DNA from: Marsupella aquatica
Taxonomy: Eukaryota > Plantae > Marchantiophyta
Assembly (NCBI GenBank): GCA_973895155.1
Contig: OZ316898.1
Coordinates: forward strand, 21,290,022 to 21,354,021
Direction of reading: 5' to 3'
DNA: 64,000 bases
The translations under genes were made by a program, and so were the position numbers. Under the pieces are notes generated by a model. The model was not told where the DNA came from. It did no database searches and worked only from the letters and a program-made list of their open reading frames with translations. This document shows, piece by piece, positions 53,470-64,000 of this stretch. The first letter of the stretch is position 1; each line of letters opens with the position of its first letter.

Positions 53470-54151
53470 TTCAAGATTGCAGTGGACTGCCTGGAGAAAG
53501 CTGGCATCCAGTACAGGAGGTTTCATGGGTCCTTGGGGCCACTGGGGCATGCCGCGCTGATGGAGGAGTTCAGGACGTGCCCGGAGGTGTGTACGTAGGG
53601 CAACTACACCACCTTGCTTCAGGGTTTAGGGTCGTTCAAATGAACTATCAAACCAACTCAATTGACCTGCCTGTTTCTTACATGTTTCTTTGCTGTGCAG
53701 GTGAGTGTCATTCTGATGTCCTTGCTTTCACGCGGCGTTGGGCTAAACATCGAATACGCCAATCATGTTTTTTTCTTGGACTCTTGGTGGAATCCAGCAA
53801 TGGAAGACCAGGCCATTGGTCGAGCACATCGAATAGGACATAAGAAAAAAGTGTATGTGACACGAATCATTCTAGAGGAGTCGGTTGAGGAGTCGGTTTT
53901 GGAGCTGCAGGTACGTACCGGTTTCTTAAGAAGCTTTCTTCAACAATATGCTAGCTTGTATACATAGTTTGCCGAAACCGTGAACCCTTCAAACTCTCTA
54001 CCTTATTGTCCCACTGTTTTGACTGTAGGATATGAAGCGTAACATGGCTCAACAGCTCTACGAAGGAGGTGGGGCCGCATTCAGACCTAGTACACAATCT
54101 GACAGCAGTGTTTCGAGAGATATTGAGTACATATTTCGCCAGTCTTGCTAA
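53470..54151 (+). pseudogene. RAD5/RAD16-like SNF2 helicase C-terminal fragment; exons ~53470-53586, 53701-53910, 54029-54151
   Basis: Spliced: CLEKAGIQYRRFHGSL...EEFRTCPE|VSVILMSL..GVGLNI..ANHVFFLDSWWNPAMEDQAIGRAHRIG..VEESVLELQ|DMKRNM. GT-AG introns 53587-53700 and 53911-54028. No N-terminal ATPase lobe seen. Confidence 0.85.
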
Positions 54152-55251
54152 TCACCGACGGGCTTTGGAGTCAGTTGGCCGTGCACTCGCAATATCACTT
54201 GAACTGTAAAAGCTGCTGCTTGCACAATCAGGCCACAGATTAATCCCTGGCTGTGTTGGTCTTATCGATGGTTCTTTGCTCCCCTTACCTAGACGTCGTT
54301 TTGCTAATGGGGAATGCTACTGTGGGGAAAGAGTAGATACTCAGTCAATGTGCAGGTGGTCTGTGAAATGAAATGTTTGCCTTTTTCCCATTTTCCAGGA
54401 ATGCCTGGCTTAAGGAAATGACCTCTTTGGAAGTTCTGCACAGATGTAAATAGTAAAATCTGGTGGGTGACACCGAGTACCAGGCTTTACCTCATGTAGT
54501 TTGTGCATTCAAGAGAGCAGACATGGTACATGACAAAGAGGATTTCAACACTTGGTGTGGCAGAGTGCCGTGGTACATGACAAAGAGGATTCCTCCCCTG
54601 ATTTCATCTGTCCACGGTTAGATTAGATATTCAGCGACTGGAGACATCCAGACAATTGACAATTTGGAAGAAGTAAGATGTGCTTAGACATCCTTGCCTC
54701 TCTACTCTCGCACTTCGACACGGAAACTTACGACTGCTTTGTTGCAGATGTTCCGAGAGGGAAGAAGCAGTAGTAGAGCCAAGGCTAGAAAGAGCTACGG
54801 TGGCATTTTTAGATTGCAGTAAGGAGAGGAGTAAGAGGACGGCCCCTTTATGTTTTGGGTTTTTTTGGGTGCTTTTGTTCCAATGTGCTATAAAGCCCAT
54901 TTCAATTAATCTAAAAAAAATTCAATTAATTGAAAAATACCTCATGGCCTTTTGGTATACATGCCCCCATTTGCTTGTAGACGGGCTACCGTAGTATCCT
55001 TCAATTCTGCCTTGTTGGGAGTCTGTTTCCATGCTTCGCTGTCCGTATACTGCGCGACTCTCGTGTAGAGCCTTAAATAAATCTTTACTGTGAAAGCGAT
55101 ATGAAAACATAATTCTACAATAATCATGCCGGAACACGGCACGTGACTGGACACTGTTCCCGGTGCACACTTGGCCACACGTTTGGACTAACACAATAAA
55201 GTTTTCCGTGAAAGCACACTTAGGGGGTGAGAAGCAGGGCAAAGCCTAAGT

Positions 55252-55668
55252 CACCCTGTAATCTTCATGTGGGCAGCCCCATTGAGCTTTGGAGAGGGAG
55301 AGCAGCAACGCCAAGTTGAGGTCGTGGAGAGGGAGAGCGCATCGTCGAGCTTGGAGAGGAAGAGTGCAAGGTCTTTCACTAGCAGGGGTGCAACTAGCAG
55401 TGGACAACAGCGATTACAACTTCGTGTAGGCAGCGATTTCGATCAGCAACAACAGCGATTAGAGCAACAATAGCATAGATTTATATATATCAGCGATTAC
55501 AACAGCGAGTAGCGAGCAATGTCAGAAATGCTCACACTGTGGAAAGTGTGAGGGGATGTCAGAAATGCTCACGGATCATTAGCTATAGGATTTCACCTTG
55601 AGTTTTTGACAAAAATGTCTTTTTATGCTCTACTTTCACGGTAACTACTCTTTTAGAATTACAGGGTG
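55252..55668. mobile_element. Non-autonomous CACTA/CMC-like element (417 bp)
   Basis: 11-bp TIR CACCCTGTAAT/ATTACAGGGTG with 3-bp TSD AGT (55249-55251, 55669-55671). Confidence 0.65.
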
Positions 55669-56083
55669 AGTGGCCCATCTTTTCATGGGCTGCTTTTACG
55701 GAAAACTCTATTATAGACGCATCCGGTTATCAACTTCTATGACCTCTGTGCCCTCTGTAGCCTGTATACACTCTGTACCCTCGGAGTTTTTGCATCCTTT
55801 GTATCCTCTTCCAACTGCCAAACCCAGGTTTTCTTATGATGCAAGTTTGGCTATTCGGTTAAATCAACTAACTCCTACATGGAAGCTGGCCCCCTGTCTC
55901 GTTGGCAAACCCAGAGCTGAGTTGCTTGCTCCCCCGCTTTGAACCCTGTGGTTCTGATTCTTCTACGCGGTAGCTGAAGGAAGGAAAATACGATACTTCT
56001 ACACGGTGGTCCACAGAACAAATCCAAGCCACACAATGTACTACGATTCCCAAAACTCAAACTGTCAAAGTCTACATCAATAT

Positions 56084-59000
56084 TCAGACAATCGATTTCC
56101 TAAATAGGCTCACAACAATTCTTCTCCTAGCGGAATCCATGTCCTGAGCCGTGAAATCAAAAACCATGTCTAAACTACGGTACTCAGCAAATTTCATGAC
56201 AAATACGCCACAGTTGTAGTTGTCGGTTTGGCGAGGAATGTCCTTGCGTGCGTGCCTGGGCCACTCACGAGCCCAAAGGTGCTTCTGATTTTTGGTTCTC
56301 AATTCGTCATCCATGTATTTCGCCAAATTTTTCAGAACATCCGGCTCTTCACCGTGAAGGGAATCCAGATACTCTAGGCATTTCTCGTTCTTGTCAATGA
56401 CGACCAACGCCCAATGGCTTCCGCCATGGACGTTAATAGGGACAAAAATACGATCACAATCAAGCAAGAAATACGTCAATTTTGAGGTCCATGACTCCAC
56501 CGCCGCATAATTATAACCATTCCTTGTGAGTACCGAGTAGAACCAGGTATCAAAGAAATGGCACTTGAAGACTCTCATCCATGATCTGTCTTCCATCGCT
56601 TTGATGAGACCGAAATACGCGTTCATAACCTCGGAAGTTATCCATTCTCCTGGAGAGAGGCATCTCATTTCTTTCCAGGTTATGACGCAACCATTAGCGG
56701 TGCTCACTAAAACTGCGTCTTGATCCAAGTCAGGGCTCAGGCAGAAGTCTATGACGCCGTCGTCGTCCACCTGGTCCGATGGAGGGTTTTCTTTTGGTGA
56801 CTCATTGACAGTAGTAATGGATTTAGTTTTTTGGACCCGGGCACCTCTTTGAATCGCAGGCTCCACGATAGTGCTATCCGATACTCCTCCTGGATGATGA
56901 ACATGAGCCGCGACGACGGACTTTTGACCCCAAACTGGGGTGCTATTATTATTATCATTGGAAAGACAATAATGCGGAAGATCGATATCGCGGACGATCG
57001 ATACTTGCGATTCTCTTAACAAGGACTGTCCGGATAATAGACCCGCCGGCACTACTGCCCCATCAAACAACTGAGGCACGTGGCGGTCATGACCGGCTTG
57101 CACCGCACACGAGAGCGAAGGCAGAACCGCTGCCAAACTGCCCCGCACGTCTGTGTCTCCTTGGAGACCCTTGTCCACAGCGCTGTCCATTCGCATACTC
57201 GCAGGATAGTGACCACTGGCTGCCCTGGCATTCAAATCTTGTGTGGAGCAGCCCGGTGGTCTCCACAATGACTTTGCAAAGCTCGACACCTTGTCGAGAG
57301 ACTTCATGTTCTCGGCATACGCCGTGAGGTCCATGACGTCCTCCCTGTCGGAGCAGAATGAGAAGCACTCACGTTCCAAGAGTAGTGCATGCTTCAGAAC
57401 CTGCCCCCTTGTAAAGAAATTGAGCACTATTTCCTCTTTTTTTGAGAAAGCTTCTATTATAGCTTGGATTATTCGCCCGGGCTTGATATTGGTAGTGAAG
57501 GAGCGGCCGCTGGGCGATCTGAACGGAACCCAATTTTCCAGCCTAACTTTCATCGCCGCTTCTTTGATGCTAGCCATCTCCCCATTGGGACGGTCCGTCG
57601 ATTGTTCCTTGCTTGCCTTGTGGAGCTCCACTCGGTCTCCGTCTTCGAAGCTGAAATGGCCAGTGAAATTCTTGAAATGGGCTTCCCAATCCGGTTCCCT
57701 GTCTTGGGAAACGCCGAGAAAAATCACAGTTTCCACCACACCTCTCATGTGCTGCCGCGGGAGAAGCTCAAAGGCATTCTTGAAATAGGTGCCATATTCA
57801 AGATGGGCATTATAGTTATCGGGGAGACATCGCGCCGCCTCAATGATCCGTGCTAGAAGTATTCCCGGATGCACGAAAAAGACGAGGGTCAGTGACTCAT
57901 TGGCCGAAACATTGACGACAATTTTCAGAAAATTCAATATTTCTGATTGTGTCCACGTATTGCCCTCGGTGTGTGTCAAGTCCACGATCGCAAGAGATGC
58001 CACAATACTCTCACTACAGCTAGAGCAATCGAACGGCGGCTCGGCCAAAGCGAGAAAATTTCCAGTGTAGAAAATTCTATAGGGATCCATCCTCGACCGA
58101 ATATGTCCGCCAAACTTCTTCAGATACAGATTTCGTAGCCTATTTTTCAAAGCCTCCGGCATGTCGGCCCTCTCGGACACCTTCACCAGGCTCCTGAAAT
58201 ATCCGGCATCGACCAATGCGCAACAGCGATCGAGTTCATCATTCATAAAATCAAACGTCCGAACGACGTCCACCTAGAGAGCACCGGCCGAAAACAATCG
58301 GTCATAGTTTGCGCGATAGAATCGTAGGATTGCGCCTTTCAGTTTGTCCGTATACTTTGCCTTTGCTGCCAGGTCGGACATAGTCGGCATATCAGTTAAA
58401 GCGTGTTTCTGTCTAATCAACAACACATCACCCGAAAGGACTTTCATGAAGACGTCGGTGATGTTGGATTCTCGTGCGCCCTCGAACACTTGGAACGTAC
58501 TTCTGTTTAACCTCTTTGCTTCCTTTGGTTTGTAAGTAACCTCTCCAATGTTGTCGGGCAAATGTCCTTTCAACCAATTGTTGCAAACCGCTCTCCACAG
58601 TTTGTACAGGTCTTCCGAGGTGAACAGGATCCAGTTGTACTCGCTGATGGTACTCACCTGCAGCGTGAGTTTTGCAAGCGCCTCGTATTCCTGATCATTA
58701 TCAATCATAAATATGTGAATCAAAGAATTACACACGCTGTGTACACTACATACCCTGCATACCCATTCACTAAAACACTTAAAAATGTAGTAATGATTTT
58801 CTGCCCACCCATCATATACATAAACACAAAATCCTCCATATACTACCTGGAATTCGGTGGACTTCCGCCCAGAAGGAAGTGGACGAGCTGGACGACCCAT
58901 TTTGCTGTACTGCAACCGGGCATGCTCCACCTGATCGATGAATGGAGATGAAAACCTGTGTGCTTCGGCTTGCATGTTGTTTGCATGGGAAATCTCCACC

Positions 59001-59863
59001 AGAACTTGTGCAGGGGTCGAACCCTTCAAGATTCGAGCCCGTCAATATTTCAATAACTTGGCAGTTTGCATCAACGCCGGTTGGGTTTGCGCACTCCTAA
59101 TTATCCTCTTTGCAGCCATTGCCGAGTGTTGTCCACTGATTGCAAAATATTTTAATTCGGACAACTTGTCGGAATCAGAATCTAAAACAGATAGGTCGAT
59201 GAGTTTGTAAGCCCCGTCGATGCCAATGCTGTAGGCAACCAGATCTGCAGGTAGTGGCTCCTGACCAGCGTTGGTAATCATGAGTTCGACGAGGCGATTG
59301 ACGTGATCGTCATTCAGTAAACGCTCGTTCATCTTGGCTGGCGGAGTGTGGATATTGTCCACTGGAACCGCGCAAAGCGTAGATAGTCCAAAGGAATACC
59401 AACACTCTTACAACTGCAAAGTCCTCTCTGCATTTTTGAGACGAGAATGATCGACCAACAATGTTGAACTATCATCCACATTCAACTTGACGGTGTTGAT
59501 CGACACCCTTTTCTTCTTCTCGACCCTGCTCGTGTCCCCTTCCTCTGTCTTTGTTTTCGCTCCACATGCTTGTTCAATGTTCTCCCCTTTGCTTCTTTTC
59601 CCCGTTTTTTTTGGCATCGCCTGAGGTTTCTGTTTTCCCGATGCCTCCCCTTTTTGTGCTTCCTTTCCTTCTTCCCTGGCTGCTGCTGCTGCTCTCTCTC
59701 TCGTGACGACCTTTCTTTTGGCTGCTTTCCTAGACGTCTCATTCTCCGGCCCGGTCTTCATTTGGGGTTCCTTGTCTTCGCTCCTTTCAACTTGCTGCCT
59801 CCCTCGTGTGCTTGGCACCGTCAACTGTTTATCGTCCCTATTTCTCTTTTTGTGATTTATGAA
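56084..59863 (-). pseudogene. ParB/DGQHR-like + beta-class N4/N6 DNA methyltransferase-like + Ulp1 (C48) protease fusion, downstream part
   Basis: Four ORF calls in one frame, separated by single stops (59408, 59042, 58274). Probable 156-nt GT-AG intron 58691-58846. YFAISGQHS; KPGRIIQAIIEAFSKKEEIVLNFFTRG; HWALVVID, YLDSL, QTDNYNCGVFV. Ulp1 call is strong; ParB and MTase calls are moderate. Confidence 0.75.
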
Positions 59864-62800
59864 CTTAGCTTAGTGGGATTGCGGTTCCACTGGTAGGAGC
59901 AACACTTGTTGTGGTGCGTCCCATGGCTCCCTAAACCCAAGAAACCCCCCAGCTCAAGCCGATTCCCGCAGGTTTCGTGCTTGGCGAGGCCGTTTCCGCG
60001 GCTTAGCGGCATGGGACGCTGCTAACCTTCTACTACTACTATTAACATTTTACACACATATACTGGACAGATCCTTCATCGGGTCATGAGATACGTAGCC
60101 GGCCTAATATAGGCCTTCCCCTGTCTTCCCTTGTCTTCCCCTCCGTCTTGTTAGGTATGTTTGGATTCCGCCGCCGGAATGATCCCCAATAGGCTTGGTT
60201 AAGCCGCTAAGACCTCTCTCAGCTCGACACATCCAACTATCACTCCCCTGCTTACTTTCCTTCCTTCTGTTGTTGTGGGCACTCTTCACACAAGTTAATG
60301 CGACACACAAATAGCAAAATGACTCATTCTGACTGAGTCATACCATGCACTTGCCATACAAACAGTACATCTCATACACAAGTTCTGCGAACTAAGCCGT
60401 GAGGCCAACTCTATTCAGCTCTTAGGCATGAGGAAACATGAATATACACAAGGGTCACTGTATGACTAACCGAGAGCTTCTCGTACTACTTGATCCCAGC
60501 CCGGCTGGTGCAAACTAAAAACTTGCTAAAGAAGAGGCCCTGAGCTCCCCGCTGCCCAGGTACTTATCCTGGTAGTGGATCCGCCATTCTTTGCATCGTA
60601 AGCCTAATCTACCTGACAGTAATCTACTTGCCCGAATCTACCTATGTACAGCAAGGCAGGAGCACAAGTGTTGCTCCTACCAGTGGAACCGCAATCCCAC
60701 TAAGCTAAGTGTCAGGGCCGCTCCTGGTTCTGATCCTAATCCTAAACGTGGAGATCCGCGCCCGCCCTGCCCACTCATGCCTCCTCCCTCCACGTCCGCC
60801 CTCCCTAAAAGGAACGGCGCCCTTGCACCGTCACGACACCGGTGGTGGATCCTCAATGGACGCCCCCAACACTTCCTCCTCAGCCACTGTCGTTGGCCCG
60901 CCTACTGACAGATTACCTGCCCTTGACCGAGTCAACTCTCCATCGGCCTGACTGGGTCCACCTTCGGCTTCAGCCTCGACACCGGCCTCGGCAATACCCA
61001 TGGCTTCGGCCTCAGCCACTCCCACGGCTTCGGCTTCAGCCACTCCCTCGGCTTCGGCCTCCCCTTCCCCTAGGGTAGTTGGATCCTTAGCCGTGACCCT
61101 GTCTGGGGTCGGTGCTGGGTCTACCTCCTTGATCACCACGGCCTGTGAAGTCGTATTACTCCTTGACCCTGAAGGTTTCCGCTTCTTCTTCGTTGGTGGC
61201 TCGGCAGCTGGTCCCTTCCCCTTCCCACTTACTTCCGGCACTGGTGCAGTTGACGCGGCTTGTCCTTCGGCAATTACCACCCCTGGTAACTGGTTTGTCC
61301 CAACGGGAGATGGACCTGCTGCAGCTAAGCATTTAAATACTGCGGCTTGTTTCTTCAGCCGCTCTGTTTGGTTGTCGGCCCGCCGCTGTAGGTTCTCCAT
61401 CTTCCTCGTGATTTCCTCCAACTCCTCTTGGGTTTCATCCAGGTCCTTATGTGCCCCCTCCAGCTCGTTTTTGGCCTCCTCCTGCTCCCTGTGGGCTTCC
61501 TCCAATTCCTTCTTCAAGGTAGCCCTCTCCTCCTGGGTTGCTCTTAGCTCCTTGTCGAGCTCTGCAATGATGACAGACTCCATCTGGTTCATCTTGGCGT
61601 AAGTCTGTTCGAGCATCTCGTCCTTCTCCCTTAGGTCGGCCTTGAAGCTGGCCGTCAGGGACGCAAGCTCCTGCTGCAGCGCCATAATCCCTTGATAGGA
61701 TTTCCCTAACTCGACCTCCTTCTGCTCAAGGGCTCCGCGGATTTTCTCGAGCTCCCCTTTCAACGCCCATTCCTTTCTTTGGGTCTCCGCCATGGCCCGG
61801 CTGTTGGCTGTTATGTGGGCCTCCTCTGTATTCTTCAGCTCTTGCTTCCACTTCTCCCTCTCTTTGATCGTGTCGGCCAACTCTTCCTGCGTCTGAGTCA
61901 GTTTATCCTTGATATTCTGATTATCAGCCTGCGCGGCGTCCAATTGCCCCTGCATGATGTTCAGCTCATGTCGTTTAATCCGCAGTTCATCTTGGGCTTT
62001 CTTGGCCGCCCTTAGATCTTCAATCTCGGCTTCCATCCTCCTAAGCCGCCGAATGACCTCGTCCTTCTTGCTTCTCTCTAAAGCCACCATTTCTTCTAAT
62101 TGGTGCTTCTCCAACTGCTCCCTATGGAAAAAGGGTCCTACCTCCAACTCCTCTCCAAAGATGCCGAGCGCAAGTTCCCCACACATCTCACCATACTCCA
62201 TGGCTCTATTCTTAGCGTAGGTGGAGTAAGTAGAAGTGATCGGCATCGCCCATCGTGGCCTCTGCTCCCAAGCCGTCCTGCGGATCTCTTCAATCGTGGC
62301 TAGAGGTTTGCTTCCTTTTTCGGCTAGCCGCCTGATGTCCTCCGGCCAATCTCCTCCTGGTAAATCCTTTTCCTTAGCCAGGGCGGCCTCTTCCTCCTGC
62401 TTGATTCGCTCCTGAAATTCCTGCACCGTCTGTTTTATGCCGTCAAAGCTCGGGGGAGCAACATCTGGTGGGGGAGACTCAGGGCTACTCTGCTGGTTGG
62501 GGTCCCCTCGCACTACCCTTGGAAGTGTGGGGACAAACCGGCCATAGGTCCTTACTCCTGGAACGTGATGGTCCGACCCATAGCCGGAATTATCATGGCT
62601 GCAGTCCTCCACTGCCTCCTCTACCTCTTGGACGTCCGGCTTCTCCCTCTCCTCTTCCTCGGTAGGAGCTTCAGGCAATTCTGCCTCAGATTCGGAGCTT
62701 GAGGTTCCCACGTACATTCGAACACCTGGCTTGGATTCCGGCCTGATTCTCTCCTTGTCTCCAGCAAAGGGGTTTTCTCTTGTGAGCCGGTGTAGGCCTA

Positions 62801-63155
62801 CCTCTGTAGTAGTGTCCTGCATTGTTGCCGTTGCCGTTGTTGTTGCCGATGCCGATTTCTTTTCTTTCTCCAGTAGTTTCAGCAGACTCTGCATGCCTGG
62901 TTGCTGCATCGGCTCCTTACCCCTCTCCTCTGCCGGTCCTTCTTCCCGTTGATCCTTCCTAGCCGCCGACGCTTAACGCGCCCTAACCCTAATCGGGTTT
63001 TCACCCTCAGCCTTACCTCCGGCCTCGGCCCGGGTTCCATGGTTGCCCCTAATTGTTTATATTTTCCTGGTTTTGTCCCTATACTAAGGTGTTCCTAGGG
63101 TGCCTTCCTGCTTTACCCACTTAACCGGTCGAGTGATTCCTGTCTAGGCATCACA
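59864..63155 (-). mobile_element. Rearranged fragment of Ty3/gypsy family A (copy 2): last codons of pol, deleted accessory ORF, 3' LTR, plus a short inverted LTR piece
   Basis: Near-identical to 1863-6512 minus 2107-3520. LTR 59910-60794. 59863-59909 is the exact reverse complement of 60664-60710. Confidence 0.92.
60831..62909 (-). CDS. C-terminal 692 aa of the family A accessory ORF (coiled coil), uninterrupted in this copy
   Basis: Matches 3523-5601 with few substitutions and no internal stop. Confidence 0.7.
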   Translation of the reverse strand: MQQPGMQSLLKLLEKEKKSASATTTATATMQDTTTEVGLHRLTRENPFAGDKERIRPESKPGVRMYVGTSSSESEAELPEAPTEEEEREKPDVQEVEEAVEDCSHDNSGYGSDHHVPGVRTYGRFVPTLPRVVRGDPNQQSSPESPPPDVAPPSFDGIKQTVQEFQERIKQEEEAALAKEKDLPGGDWPEDIRRLAEKGSKPLATIEEIRRTAWEQRPRWAMPITSTYSTYAKNRAMEYGEMCGELALGIFGEELEVGPFFHREQLEKHQLEEMVALERSKKDEVIRRLRRMEAEIEDLRAAKKAQDELRIKRHELNIMQGQLDAAQADNQNIKDKLTQTQEELADTIKEREKWKQELKNTEEAHITANSRAMAETQRKEWALKGELEKIRGALEQKEVELGKSYQGIMALQQELASLTASFKADLREKDEMLEQTYAKMNQMESVIIAELDKELRATQEERATLKKELEEAHREQEEAKNELEGAHKDLDETQEELEEITRKMENLQRRADNQTERLKKQAAVFKCLAAAGPSPVGTNQLPGVVIAEGQAASTAPVPEVSGKGKGPAAEPPTKKKRKPSGSRSNTTSQAVVIKEVDPAPTPDRVTAKDPTTLGEGEAEAEGVAEAEAVGVAEAEAMGIAEAGVEAEAEGGPSQADGELTRSRAGNLSVGGPTTVAEEEVLGASIEDPPPVS

Positions 63156-63881
63156 CACTTCAAGCATTTCCTCTAGCACGTTGCATCTACCTTCCACACC
63201 CCCATTACCCCCGAATCTGCCTAAATGAGATGGATGACAAGGTTCCAGCTTCCTTGTTTTTGGCCCTGATTTGGACAAACGTCCAGCTTGACGAAGAACT
63301 GGATGCTTACGGATCCAAGTTTTTACAGAATCGCGACTGAATTCGTTTGTGAAAATTATAGCTTTGTCGATAGTTATCCTCTCGCAAAGCTCATCGTCAC
63401 CTATGGTACGCGCCATGATGTGTGCCATCTCTCTGGTTCGGGACAGGAAAAGTCCATGTCTGTGATTCAATAAGAAGTTTACCCTACCAAGCCCGTAAAG
63501 TATATCATCACAACATATGTCACGATCCTCATCCATGAACGACTCACAAGTGGGATCAAAGAATCCGTGCGATGTGATGTTCATCCGGACATCGTACGGT
63601 TTGAGGCAATGTGCACAGCAGAATCTTCCAGCAAGTGCGACAAATTGCTTGAAACTCAAACCTTCAAGATCCTCCACTGTTATGATGAGCTGCCTCTCTC
63701 CCGGCCATCGCTTGGGATCGGCAGTTACACAACAGTCCGCGACTGCACCAAAAGTGACCCAGCGTTTCTGCTCCTTCTTGGTTGCTATGCCTCGAAGGAC
63801 ACACCGCCACACGCCCATCACTTGCATCAATTCAAAAGACCATGATGGAACCGATTCAGAGATACGAGCATATCCCTTCAC
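63156..63881 (-). pseudogene. Cys-rich ORF of unknown function, probably the upstream part of the 56084-59863 gene
   Basis: Its final CDA* (63144-63155) comes from the inserted element. Joining 63156 to 59863 gives in-frame EEMLEV|FINHKKRNRDD. Confidence 0.55.
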
Positions 63882-64000
63882 TTTAGGTGTCTATAGCGGC
63901 AGATGGCTCAAATCGCAGAGAAGCGGTTCAACTCCTACGATCGAGCAACAAGCAAAGTATTTAGATTTTAGCACCACAAGAACACGGACGAAGGTGTTTC

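Noticed and set aside
59863-60710. DIRS-type internal complementary region
   Set aside because: The element has a DDE integrase, no tyrosine recombinase, and copy 1 lacks the inverted piece.
63144-63155. 245-aa ORF ending CDA* like pol, suggesting pol was replaced by a captured gene
   Set aside because: Better explained as the host frame running into the inserted fragment, because the flanks rejoin in frame.

Overview
Transposon-dense eukaryotic DNA with no intact housekeeping gene. It is probably from a land plant (TTTAGGG telo-boxes, tRNA-iMet PBS, GT-AG introns, plant-type retroelements); a bryophyte/liverwort-like source is only an inference. Left to right: the 3' half of a non-chromovirus Ty3/gypsy element with a large extra ORF (1-6512); a 5'-truncated L1-clade LINE with a 14-bp TSD (6728-18500) split by a young Ty1/copia element (11105-17560); a block of long inverted repeats, MITEs and solo LTRs (19.8-26.1 kb); two stand-alone retroelement-accessory ORFs; a probable 2.9-kb solo LTR; and a second Ty3/gypsy element (47510-53256, TSD AGTTG) whose ~4.07-kb 3' LTR contains a ~798-codon ORF. 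After that come a RAD5/RAD16-like SNF2 fragment and the most unusual locus: five separate minus-strand ORF calls (63881->56084) that join into one reading frame of ~1450 codons once three in-frame stops, one intron and a 3.3-kb retroelement fragment are removed. That frame has a ParB/DGQHR-like motif, a degenerate beta-class N4C/N6A DNA-methyltransferase-like region and a Ulp1/C48 SUMO-protease domain. All domain calls come from motif recognition by eye; no database search was run.
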